In this document: piece after piece, positions 27,492 to 36,335 of the stretch | Layout: the number at the start of each line of letters is the position of its first letter | Position numbering within the stretch: the stretch's first letter is position 1 | Assembly: GCA_963720265.1 (NCBI GenBank) | Contig: CAVRET010000001.1 | Location: 133,916 to 197,915, forward strand | Length of the DNA stretch: 64,000 nucleotides | Origin: an uncultured bacterium | Lineage (GTDB): Bacteria; Patescibacteriota; Saccharimonadia; UBA4664 | Reading direction: 5' to 3' | Notes under the pieces: model-generated | What the model saw: the letters and a program-made list of their open reading frames with translations, nothing else | What the model was told of the DNA's origin: nothing | Databases searched by the model: none | Translations under genes and position numbers: made by a program

Positions 27492-28613
27492 TTATAGACT
27501 ATAGACGATTTTGAGGATTTGATCGCGGCTGAGCTGCGAGGCGCCTTCAAGTTGGTACCAGATGCCGTGATTGACCCAGGTGGCGTTGTTATTGCCAAAT
27601 AGATAGATGGTGAGGCCTTGGCCGTTGACAGCCGCATAATCGTCGGAGGCCTCGGAGACATAGTCGTCGAGCAGCGAATTGTTGTCCCAGGTGGTTCGTG
27701 ACTGAGCGATGGTGAGTGGAGTTTGGGCCGACGGGCTCGTAAATTTGAGCGTGATAACACCAGGGGCGGTATTCGTGGAGGCCAGAGTGTAGCTTGACGG
27801 TATAAAGCTTGGCAGTGTGGCGCTGATGCCGGCCTTGGCGTCGGCACCTTGGAGTGCCAGCTTGGGGTAATTGTTGAACCAAATATAGCCGCCCATGATC
27901 ACAACAATCGCGGTTGCAGTGGCCAAACGACGTTGGTGCAGGCTGAGTGCGCGGCGGCGGTGATTAGGCCGAGGCGGCTTGTGTTCAACCGGTGGCAGCG
28001 GGGTGAGGTGCGTCATGGCCTCGTGTTGGGTGACGGTGTGCGGCGGCATGGTTTGCAAGGGCTGTAGGGGCACGGCTGCAGCCGGCGACTGAACGGCCGT
28101 TCTGGCTACTTGCGGCGCGGGCGTTTGGGCCTGCGGCGGGGTGGGAGCTGCGTTGGCTGACCTGGAACCGGCAAAGCGGCCAATAGCCGGACTGCGAGAA
28201 ATTTGCTTGGCTTCGCGCAGCCTGTCCTGAAGGCCGGGTTCAGGTACAGCATGTCGGCGCGGCTCGACGATGGGTGCAGCCGTGGCCCGCGATTGGTGAT
28301 GATGTGAGATTTGATCGGTAGCACGATTTGCCGGTGCCGGCTTGGGTTCGGTCATGGCCGACGCGCGCAGGTCAATAATGTTGTGCTCGGTTGTGCGTCT
28401 GTGCAGGAGGGCTGCGGGTTTGGCTACCGGCTGTCTAGCGGAGACGACCGGTCGGCGTTTTACGCTCAGATCGAGCGTGCGTGGCTGTGGTTTGTCAGGA
28501 GTGGCCGGCCTTACTGTGTCTGTCTGATCATAGGGATTTCCACAAAGGGTACAGTAATCATCACCGCTAAGGCGGAGCGGTTTGGTGGTCTGTCCGCAAG
28601 TTGCACAATGCAT
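27492..28613 (-). CDS. hypothetical membrane protein with N-terminal zinc-ribbon (CxxC...CxxC) and Pro/Ala-rich linker
   Basis: MHCATCG...YCTLCG, low-complexity P/A/T-rich region, one TM, C-terminal about 130-aa domain. Confidence 0.5.
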   Translation of the reverse strand: MHCATCGQTTKPLRLSGDDYCTLCGNPYDQTDTVRPATPDKPQPRTLDLSVKRRPVVSARQPVAKPAALLHRRTTEHNIIDLRASAMTEPKPAPANRATDQISHHHQSRATAAPIVEPRRHAVPEPGLQDRLREAKQISRSPAIGRFAGSRSANAAPTPPQAQTPAPQVARTAVQSPAAAVPLQPLQTMPPHTVTQHEAMTHLTPLPPVEHKPPRPNHRRRALSLHQRRLATATAIVVIMGGYIWFNNYPKLALQGADAKAGISATLPSFIPSSYTLASTNTAPGVITLKFTSPSAQTPLTIAQSRTTWDNNSLLDDYVSEASDDYAAVNGQGLTIYLFGNNNATWVNHGIWYQLEGASQLSRDQILKIVYSL

Positions 28614-28658
28614 GATTATGCTTATGGTATAACAGTTTTAGTGAGCGTAAAAGAGGTG

Positions 28659-29504
28659 CTAGCGATTTCGCCAGACTCGGTACATGAAACGTGGAATGGC
28701 CAGCTGGCGTTTGAGGCGCCTTGGCTCTTGCAGAAGACGCCACAGCCATTCTAGGCCCAAGCGCGATGTCCACACCGGAGCTTTGGATAAACTGCCACCA
28801 AAGGCTTCATAGTCGAACGTTCCGCCCTCGCCCAGGCTGAGGCCATGATCCAGGTGAGCGCCCAGGTGAGCGCCCACCTGGTCTTGGAGTGGAAAACCCA
28901 TACCCACGAGGATGATGTCGGGATTTGCCGCACGGACGGCTTCGACGAGACCTGCGAGCCATTGGTCTGAGACATGGCCGTATGGCTGGCTGTGATCACG
29001 ACCGGAATGTGTGCCCGCGATGACGAGGTTGGGAAAGGCTTTTTGTAGGGCGGCGGCGGTGTGCGCAATGGAGCCGGTTTTGGGATCACCGACGAGATAT
29101 AATTGTCTTTTTTGTTCAGCGGCTTTGGTTAGCAGCAGCCAAGTGAACGTAATTCCGGCTGTGCGGTCGGGCAGCGGCCAGGTTAGTTTGCCGGGAGCCA
29201 GTACGATTTGAAACAGGGTTAACCAAAAACGCCGGACCTTGCGCGGGCCGGCATAGAGGAAATGTGCGGCCCAAGTGAGGGCGACACCGTCGGCCAGCGA
29301 GAGCTCAGCGCCGTTCAAGAGGTCTCGGACGTTTGCGTCGTGATAGGCACGGTCGAGGAATTCAACGTAAGGTTTTACCACGTAGCCGGCGGCGTGGCCG
29401 GGTGTGGCATGCTCAATGATGTAATCAACGGCGTCGGCGTTTGAGATGGCATCAACTTCGACGCCGAGGATATCGAGTTTGTCAAAATCAGTTTGCTTAG
29501 ACAT
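28659..29504 (-). CDS. tagA: WecB/TagA/CpsF-family glycosyltransferase (N-acetylmannosaminyltransferase-like)
   Basis: C-terminal LEWLWRL..EPRRLKRQ..PRF signature typical of the family. Confidence 0.7.
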   Translation of the reverse strand: MSKQTDFDKLDILGVEVDAISNADAVDYIIEHATPGHAAGYVVKPYVEFLDRAYHDANVRDLLNGAELSLADGVALTWAAHFLYAGPRKVRRFWLTLFQIVLAPGKLTWPLPDRTAGITFTWLLLTKAAEQKRQLYLVGDPKTGSIAHTAAALQKAFPNLVIAGTHSGRDHSQPYGHVSDQWLAGLVEAVRAANPDIILVGMGFPLQDQVGAHLGAHLDHGLSLGEGGTFDYEAFGGSLSKAPVWTSRLGLEWLWRLLQEPRRLKRQLAIPRFMYRVWRNR

Positions 29505-30780
29505 GCGAGCTTGCTTTCATTCCGGCCAGGCCGCCGGCCAGCGTCCAGGCGATGAGCGCGGTTGATGAGTCGGTCCAGGCTGGCAGGACGAGGGCCACAA
29601 TGCCTACGCCAATGAGCGCGGCGGCGGTGGCGTAACCGACCGGCGGGGCTTCCGGCCAGACGGTTCGTATGAGCAGCACGAAGAGGACAACGAAAACCAA
29701 GGCTCCCAGCAATCCGATTTCGTAGCCGAGTTGGAGGTAATAGTCTTCAATGATATGCAGTGTGCCGGCGTGGAAAGTCGCAGGCCCGGCGGTGCCGGCA
29801 CCGTGGCCGAGCGGATCTGTAATTACGTCGTGCAGTCCGGCTGCTAGCGACGAGGCATGCTGCGAATCTGAGCTTGGGCGCATGGTGGCCGTTGAGCCCT
29901 GATGGAAGAGATAGGTGCGGAGGCGGGTACTGTGGCCGGCCACCACCACAAGCCCGAGTGTGACCACCACTGCGGTGATTGCTAGTCCGCTGAGCAACCA
30001 ACGTCGGTTGCGAACCGGCATCGAGGCTGCGAGTGTGAGTACCATAGCGAGCCCTGCACCAGCCCAGGCTCCACGCGAATATGTGCCCGCGAGCACGACG
30101 AGCCCGGCAGCCGTTAGGACGAGCCACCACCATTGCCGGCGGCGGATAGCCAGCACCAGGCTTAGGCATAACGGCAAAATGAGATACGTACCGAGCTGGT
30201 TGGGGCCACCGAGTGTTGCGGCAAACCGCGGCGTGTTTGTACCCGAAATGAGCTCATAGGGTAGAAGCGTGGCCGGTCCATAGCCAAAGCGGTCCAGGAA
30301 ATTGAGTGGCAAAACGAAGAGCTCGAGTAGCCCAAACCCGATTACGACCGCACTCGTGGCCAGTATTACGTTCACGGCCCGGTGCACAAACCGGCTATCA
30401 GCAACGAGTGTAGCGATGACGGCCGCCAGTAGGAATTCGAGGTCGGTTTTGAGACCAAAGGCAACCGCGGCGAGCGGCGGCCGGGTAACGGCGGTAACGA
30501 GGAGCGTTACGAGCGCGAAGGCGGCCGTTGCCATTACCCAGGGTTTTCGCAAGCGTTCGAGGCGGGCCGGTTCGCGCCACACCAATAACGCGGCTAGGGC
30601 AGTGAGCACGATTAGTAGCACTTCTTTCCAGGCCTCGATCTCGGTTTCGTGACTAAACAGGTGCCCCAGCCACACGCTCAAAAACGCGTGGAACGGCATG
30701 ATCGCCATCAGTACTACTAGTCCGAGCTGAATGGAACGCTCGTGTACGGTTGCGATCTGGGTTGTCTTGGCCTTGTTCAT
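29497..30780 (-). CDS. O-antigen ligase/polymerase-like (Wzy/WaaL family) polytopic membrane protein
   Basis: About 11 predicted TM helices. Adjacent to and overlapping tagA. Family call by topology only. Confidence 0.5.
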   Translation of the reverse strand: MNKAKTTQIATVHERSIQLGLVVLMAIMPFHAFLSVWLGHLFSHETEIEAWKEVLLIVLTALAALLVWREPARLERLRKPWVMATAAFALVTLLVTAVTRPPLAAVAFGLKTDLEFLLAAVIATLVADSRFVHRAVNVILATSAVVIGFGLLELFVLPLNFLDRFGYGPATLLPYELISGTNTPRFAATLGGPNQLGTYLILPLCLSLVLAIRRRQWWWLVLTAAGLVVLAGTYSRGAWAGAGLAMVLTLAASMPVRNRRWLLSGLAITAVVVTLGLVVVAGHSTRLRTYLFHQGSTATMRPSSDSQHASSLAAGLHDVITDPLGHGAGTAGPATFHAGTLHIIEDYYLQLGYEIGLLGALVFVVLFVLLIRTVWPEAPPVGYATAAALIGVGIVALVLPAWTDSSTALIAWTLAGGLAGMKASSHV

Positions 30781-30789
30781 GTCTGGCTA

Positions 30790-31371
30790 TTAGTCGAGCC
30801 GTTTTAACTCTGGCTTCAAAATTTGATCTGGGTTACCAGTAGCAAGGCAGATCGTCCCTGCCTCGTAATGGTCGCTGCAAAGCTTGCCTGCTAGATGGTC
30901 GAGCTCGTGGAGCAGGATACGTGTGAGGATATGGTCCGGCGTTATGGTTTTGGATTTGCCGTCAAGCGTGAGATAGCTAAATGTGGCGGCCCACGGCCTG
31001 ATAACCTCCCCCAAAATGAGCGAGGCCGACGAAATACAGGCTTCGGGATAGATCCCTCTCCCTTCTGAGCTATCTGCCTTAGGGTTAACGTAAACTTCTG
31101 GACCGGTGTCGAGCCATACAAGCACCAGTTGCTTTGATATGCCGAGTTGGTTGGCGGCCAGACCGCGGCCGACGCCGGTCTTGGCGCGATAGGCAGTTAG
31201 GAAATCGACAAGCTGATCTGCCCAGGTTTTAGCTTGGCCTGAGCTAATTTCTGATTCTGTGACGGGCCTGCAGGGAGTGGTTAGTACAGGGTCACCAAAT
31301 AACCGGATTGGCAATGTAGCAGTGAGCCATTCGGCCTCTTGTAGTGCGGTCGCGATCGGCGAGGCTTTCAT
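30790..31371 (-). CDS. def: peptide deformylase
   Basis: Motifs GLAANQLG, EAC (EGC-type) and HELDHL. Confidence 0.85.
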   Translation of the reverse strand: MKASPIATALQEAEWLTATLPIRLFGDPVLTTPCRPVTESEISSGQAKTWADQLVDFLTAYRAKTGVGRGLAANQLGISKQLVLVWLDTGPEVYVNPKADSSEGRGIYPEACISSASLILGEVIRPWAATFSYLTLDGKSKTITPDHILTRILLHELDHLAGKLCSDHYEAGTICLATGNPDQILKPELKRLD

Positions 31372-32372
31372 TTGACGGCGACCAGGCTCCGTTTATATTC
31401 TTCCAGGTTGTCGAGCGCAATGCCGGTGCCACGGGCGACGCACAACAGCGGCTCTTCACCGACGACGCACGGCACGCCGGTGACTTGGGTGAGCATTTTG
31501 TCGAGGTTTTGCAGCAGTGCTCCGCCGCCCGTTAGTACCATGCCGCGGTCAATGATGTCGGAGCTGAGTTCAGGCGGCGTTTGTTCGAGTACAACGCGGA
31601 TGGCTTGAATGATTTTTTCAAGTTCGTCTTGAAGCGCGCCGGCGATTTCGTTGGCCTTTATCGTGATGGTTTTTGGTAGGCCGGCCACAATGTCGCGGCC
31701 GCGGATTTCCATGGATTTGTCGCGAGTCAGGAGGAGCGCCGACCCAAGGGTCTGCTTAATGATTTCGGCCGTGCGGTCGCCAACGGCTAGGCCATATGTG
31801 CGGCGGATGTAATCGGTGATAGCAGAATCGAGGCGGTTGCCGCCGACCCGGATTGAGTGTTGGGCCACAACGCCGCCGAGGCTCAGGATGGCAATCTCGG
31901 TGGTGCCGCCGCCGATATCGACTACCATGTTGCCGGCCGCCGAGGCAATGGGAATACCCGCGCCGATGGCCGCGGCTACAGGTTCACGAATGATATAGGC
32001 AGCGCGCGCTCCGGCGGCCAGGGTGGCATCAATGACCGCTCGCCGTTCGGTACTCGTGGCACCGGCCGGCACACATACCATTACATCCGGCCTCCTGAGC
32101 CGCCAACCACCCGAAACTTTAGCGATATAGTGTCGGATCATGGCCTGGGTGATGCGGTAATCGGCAATGACACCGTCGCGCAGCGGACGGCTGGCTTGGA
32201 TGGTATCCGGCGTACGGCCCAGCATCTCCTTGGCATCAGTGCCGATGGCCACGATTTTGTTGCTGTCGTCGATGGCAACCACGCTCGGTTCGTTGATTAC
32301 AATCCCTCGCTTGGGCACGTATACCAAAACATTTGCAGTTCCGAGGTCGATGGCAATGCGTTTGGCAAACAT
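31368..32372 (-). CDS. mreB: rod shape-determining protein MreB
   Basis: Actin-like ATPase motifs (IDLGTANVLVYV, DIGGGTTEIA). 334 aa. Confidence 0.9.
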   Translation of the reverse strand: MFAKRIAIDLGTANVLVYVPKRGIVINEPSVVAIDDSNKIVAIGTDAKEMLGRTPDTIQASRPLRDGVIADYRITQAMIRHYIAKVSGGWRLRRPDVMVCVPAGATSTERRAVIDATLAAGARAAYIIREPVAAAIGAGIPIASAAGNMVVDIGGGTTEIAILSLGGVVAQHSIRVGGNRLDSAITDYIRRTYGLAVGDRTAEIIKQTLGSALLLTRDKSMEIRGRDIVAGLPKTITIKANEIAGALQDELEKIIQAIRVVLEQTPPELSSDIIDRGMVLTGGGALLQNLDKMLTQVTGVPCVVGEEPLLCVARGTGIALDNLEEYKRSLVAVK

Positions 32373-32417
32373 AGTTCATAGTATAGGTGTTCTGCTATAC
32401 TACGGCCAGTTCAAGCT

Positions 32418-33836
32418 ATGCTGCGAAAAATCTTGCTGGTTATGGGATACGTTGGCCTGACCCTCTTGGTCGTGGCTTTTACCGTGGCGCTGGTGGCTTA
32501 CGGCAATGATTATTCCTACGATTTCGCGACCCACAAGATTATTCAAAAGGGTCACGTTATTTTGCAGTCGACGCCGCGCGGCATTGTAGTGGTGGCAGAC
32601 GGCAAGACCCTGCACAAGAAAACCCCGTATCAGGCGGCCTATAAGGTTGGCGAGCACACCTTCGAGCTTTCCAAGGCTGGTTTTTGGCTGTGGCAAAAGA
32701 CACTCCAGGTCGTAGCCGGGCAAGTGACACTGGCGCAATACGTTATCTTGGTGCCAAAGAAACCAGCCGCCACGGTTCTTGATAACCGAACGCAGATTGT
32801 CGCCCAGTCGATGTCAAAAGACCACCGGCACCTCGCCTATATCACCGGTGGTCCGGATGCCGCAGTATATACGCTTGATCTCGGTAATCCGAAACCGGTT
32901 AAGGTCTACGTACCAGCCGCGGCGACGCCGGTGGCCGGTCCTGAGACGCTCACTGGTATTGCGTGGTCGGACGATGCATCGCACTTGTTGGTGAGCTCAA
33001 CCATCAATGGTCAGCCCGAATACCGACTGTTGGACGCCGGTGGCGGCGCACCAATTGACCTGACATCCGAATATCAGGAAAACTTTTCCGGCCTGCAGTT
33101 TGCTTCCGGCAGCTCGTCGCAATTTTATTGGATCAGCGCCGACGGCCTACGCCGGCTTGATGTGAGTGCACAGTCGATTAGTGGCGTGCTGGCCGACCAC
33201 GTCTCGCAGTTTTGGGTTATCCCGGGCCGGGTGCTCTACGTGCAACAAACCTCGCTTGGCCAATCGTTATGGAGTATTGATTCGCATGATAAGCATCAAG
33301 AATTGATTCAGGCGTTACCGGCTAGTCCTTCGTATGCTGTGGCTTATTCAACCTACTTGGATCAGGACGAGCTGGCAGTGGTTCCAGGAGCGACCGAAAC
33401 CGGTACGCTCTACTCAGACATTTTTAGTGATACTCCGGTGGCCAAGACCCTTGCCCACGGCGTGACCGGGGCGAGCTTTGCGCCGGACGGCCACGTGGTA
33501 ACATTTACCGGCCCGACCTCCATGATTACCTACGACCTTGAGGCATCGCAAATCGAAAATCGATTGATCCGCTACTCGATCACCGACCAACCAGGCACGT
33601 TTGAGAACATGACTTGGTTTGATGACTACCACATGCTGGTGACGCGCGGGAACGAATTATATTGGTGCGAATATGATGGCGCCAACCGGGTGGACCTTGG
33701 TACGGTGGCAACCGGTTTGCCAGCCTACTCTGTAGTGAGCTCAAATCCCAAAGCTTTGGTTGAATTCGCAGCTGCCCCGGCCGGAGTGCACATTACCCAA
33801 TTGCAGATTGTGACTTCGCAAACGCCTTCCTTCTAA
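32418..33836 (+). CDS. membrane-anchored PEGA-domain / beta-propeller (TolB-like) protein
   Basis: N-terminal TM, PEGA-like segment (STPRGIVVVADGKTL..TPY), then repeated propeller-like blades. Confidence 0.5.
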   Translation: MLRKILLVMGYVGLTLLVVAFTVALVAYGNDYSYDFATHKIIQKGHVILQSTPRGIVVVADGKTLHKKTPYQAAYKVGEHTFELSKAGFWLWQKTLQVVAGQVTLAQYVILVPKKPAATVLDNRTQIVAQSMSKDHRHLAYITGGPDAAVYTLDLGNPKPVKVYVPAAATPVAGPETLTGIAWSDDASHLLVSSTINGQPEYRLLDAGGGAPIDLTSEYQENFSGLQFASGSSSQFYWISADGLRRLDVSAQSISGVLADHVSQFWVIPGRVLYVQQTSLGQSLWSIDSHDKHQELIQALPASPSYAVAYSTYLDQDELAVVPGATETGTLYSDIFSDTPVAKTLAHGVTGASFAPDGHVVTFTGPTSMITYDLEASQIENRLIRYSITDQPGTFENMTWFDDYHMLVTRGNELYWCEYDGANRVDLGTVATGLPAYSVVSSNPKALVEFAAAPAGVHITQLQIVTSQTPSF

Positions 33837-33858
33837 GGCAGCGGTCTAAGTGCAAGAA

Positions 33859-34935
33859 CTAGTTGGCGGCAGGAAGGCTGGCCGGGACGCCGCCGGGCGA
33901 TGCTTGCGGCGAGGATGACGGGCCGCTTGATGGTGCGCCGAAGAGCGAGCCGATTCCTGACGTGATACCGTTCCAAGCTTGCTCGATCTCGGTCAGGAAG
34001 CTGGATGGGGCACTTGGGAGGCTACCGCCGGACGCCTGGCTTGTACTGGCCGTGCTCGTCGTGGCAGTAGCCGGATTGGGGCTGATCTGCTTGGCTGTGA
34101 CCACGAGGCGGCGCAACGAGGTGCCGGGCGGAGAGCAGGTAATGAGCGTGAGCGTAGGCGTTGTGGTTGGGTCAAGCACAGCGACGTCAGTAGGGTCGAC
34201 GATCTTGGAGCTGGTCACCTGATAGACGTAAGCCTTGGAATTGTAATCAATGGTAACTTCATCGCCTGGTGCGAGTTTGTCGAGTAGGACGAAAACAAAC
34301 TTGAAGTTGCCGGGCTCCCACCAGTCGTTTGAGCTGTGGCCAAAGATTGCGACGTTGCCGTCTTGGCCAGGCAGTGCGGTGTTGCCGTAATGCACGACCC
34401 CGCTTTCCAGGGCGGTTTCGATATCGGTTTCATTTGTACTTTGCAAGTACACCACCGGTGCATTGACATTGATCTTGGGGATAGAAATAGTGTTGGCAGC
34501 CGGAACGCTGGCGGCCGCGGCATTGGCTGAAATAGCGGTCTGCTGAGCTGGCTGCTTATGGAAAATATAGCCGACTTGGCTAATGATAATCGGTGACTTA
34601 AAGACCAGTAGGGTGAGCAAGAAAATCCCGGCGGCTGTCAGGAACGGCTGCACAATCGACGGCAACGGGCGCCGCGCTACCGGGTCGCCGGCCTCGACCG
34701 CCAGTACCGCGCGGTCTGTAACGAGGTCGGCCGTAGGAGTGGCCGGAGCCTCACTGATGTTGCTCAGTGTCGATATATCGGGCAAGGAGGCGATGCGCGC
34801 TCTAGCCGCGGCCGCAGCCGCCGGATGATTGCCTGGGACGATTGGCCGGGCAGTAGCTGCCTGCGTTTGTGCCAGCGGGTAATCGCGTTGCAGGCGAATG
34901 GAATCAATGCTGAGGCTGTCGGAGCCGGACGCCAT
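33859..34935 (-). CDS. sortase-family transpeptidase
   Basis: TM anchor, conserved His (AIFGHS), active-site TLITC plus Arg. Start chosen at ATG 34935. Confidence 0.75.
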   Translation of the reverse strand: MASGSDSLSIDSIRLQRDYPLAQTQAATARPIVPGNHPAAAAAARARIASLPDISTLSNISEAPATPTADLVTDRAVLAVEAGDPVARRPLPSIVQPFLTAAGIFLLTLLVFKSPIIISQVGYIFHKQPAQQTAISANAAAASVPAANTISIPKINVNAPVVYLQSTNETDIETALESGVVHYGNTALPGQDGNVAIFGHSSNDWWEPGNFKFVFVLLDKLAPGDEVTIDYNSKAYVYQVTSSKIVDPTDVAVLDPTTTPTLTLITCSPPGTSLRRLVVTAKQISPNPATATTSTASTSQASGGSLPSAPSSFLTEIEQAWNGITSGIGSLFGAPSSGPSSSPQASPGGVPASLPAAN

Positions 34936-35043
34936 GTCGTTGTCTACCTTGTCATACGTATGATAGTCTGATTTACAGGCTTGGCGAAAGACCAAGCTGC
35001 CAATAATTTACTATACCATATTATTCCAAGCATAACAATATTT

Positions 35044-35130
35044 GCCGCCGTGGTGGAATTGGTAGACACGCGGGACTCAAAATCCCGTGTCAGCAATGAC
35101 GTGTCGGTTCGAGCCCGACCGGCGGTACCA
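35044..35130 (+). tRNA. tRNA-Leu (anticodon CAA), type II with long variable arm, CCA encoded
   Basis: Acceptor GCCGCCG/CGGCGGT, anticodon loop CTCAAAA, long variable arm, T-loop GGTTCGAGCCC. Confidence 0.85.
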
Positions 35131-35152
35131 TTGAGCTTATGCTTAGAAATAA

Positions 35153-35557
35153 TTATTCTTCCAAGTGCCGATTGGAATTAACAAATGCTTCATTGCGAAT
35201 CGCTATCGATAGTAGAACTGCTGGTTCTGAGCTATTGTTAGACACCGACTGGCTTACATTGTGGGGAAGATATACATAGCTTCCTCGGTCAGCGTCAAGT
35301 ACTATGGCATTGTTGCCTGATGATACATGCAGGGTTCCCGTGAGGGCCATTAGTATTTCGTCAACATTTGTATTCACGTGGTCTTTTCTAATGTCGCCAG
35401 GCTTAAACGTGGTCTGGGCAATATTTACGATGTTGCCCTCGTGCCGAGCAAGTACTTTGGTCACTAGTGAGGGAGTGTGCATAGTATCTTGAGAGGGCAA
35501 TTCCGTGGTTTGGCCTGCTACGATGCCGCTTCCTAGCCTATTTGAGCCATAAATCAT
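35153..35557 (-). CDS. cupin-domain protein
   Basis: Small beta-barrel-like 134-aa protein with cupin-type His/Glu pattern. Weak. Confidence 0.35.
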   Translation of the reverse strand: MIYGSNRLGSGIVAGQTTELPSQDTMHTPSLVTKVLARHEGNIVNIAQTTFKPGDIRKDHVNTNVDEILMALTGTLHVSSGNNAIVLDADRGSYVYLPHNVSQSVSNNSSEPAVLLSIAIRNEAFVNSNRHLEE

Positions 35558-35558
35558 G

Positions 35559-36156
35559 ATTCTACTAACCTCCCAGAGACCCCTGGGCCTTTAGGCCAGG
35601 GATGAATGGGTCCGCTTAAGGCGGTAGCGCCAAGGCAAAACCGGGTGACGTCCAACCTTGGCGCTGGCGCCGACAGTCTGGCATGCTGGGTATGTGAAGT
35701 CAGGTAAAAAATATTATTCCGGTGCGCATACGCTATATCGCCTGCAATTTCATATCGTCTGGATACCCAAGTACCGCAAAAGCATCCTGCGGGGCGAAGT
35801 CGCCACTGACCTGAAGCGATTATTCTTTCAGTGCGCAGAGATGAACGACTGGTGGATTGAGCGGCTGGCAGTGATGCCCGACCACATTCATATGCTTATT
35901 GAACTACCTCCCAGCATCTCGGTGTCACAGGTAGTACAAATATTCAAAGGTGGCTCAAGTCGGGCTATCCGCCAGACGCATCCTGAACTGGAAGAATGGT
36001 TATGGGGAGATAGCTTCTGGGCGGATGGCTACTTCGCCGAGAGTGTTGGTCGTAACACGGAGCAGGCGATTAAACGGTATATCGAAAATCAATGGAAAGC
36101 TAAACCCAGCATGCCGCCCCAAGGAAGCCTCGGGCTTTAGCCCGAGGTGGTTCACT
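35559..36156 (+). mobile_element. IS200/IS605-family insertion sequence, copy 2 (598 bp)
   Basis: More than 99% identical to 11556-12153 (one visible SNP, a/g at 11619/35622). Same terminal hairpins. Confidence 0.85.
35658..36140 (+). CDS. tnpA: IS200/IS605 family transposase TnpA (Y1 HUH transposase)
   Basis: Identical 160-aa protein to 11655-12137. Confidence 0.85.
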   Translation: MALAPTVWHAGYVKSGKKYYSGAHTLYRLQFHIVWIPKYRKSILRGEVATDLKRLFFQCAEMNDWWIERLAVMPDHIHMLIELPPSISVSQVVQIFKGGSSRAIRQTHPELEEWLWGDSFWADGYFAESVGRNTEQAIKRYIENQWKAKPSMPPQGSLGL

Positions 36157-36335
36157 CTAATGCATTTGTTACGAATTTGCTGACGGTATTGGTCGGAATT
36201 CATTGATTGAAAAATATGGTGTCAATTAGCGAGCATATTACTTTGCCCCACTCCTGTCTGCTCTCGAATCTTGGTTCGAACATCTGACACTGTGGTGTAC
36301 CAAAGTAGTTATGCTTTTTTGATACTATAGAGTCA

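Noticed and set aside
31857-32381. 174-aa plus-strand ORF antisense to mreB
   Set aside because: MreB homology on the opposite strand is unambiguous.
11556-36156. Composite transposon bounded by the two IS200 copies
   Set aside because: IS200/IS605 elements do not mobilise intervening DNA as composites, and the interior is essential housekeeping.
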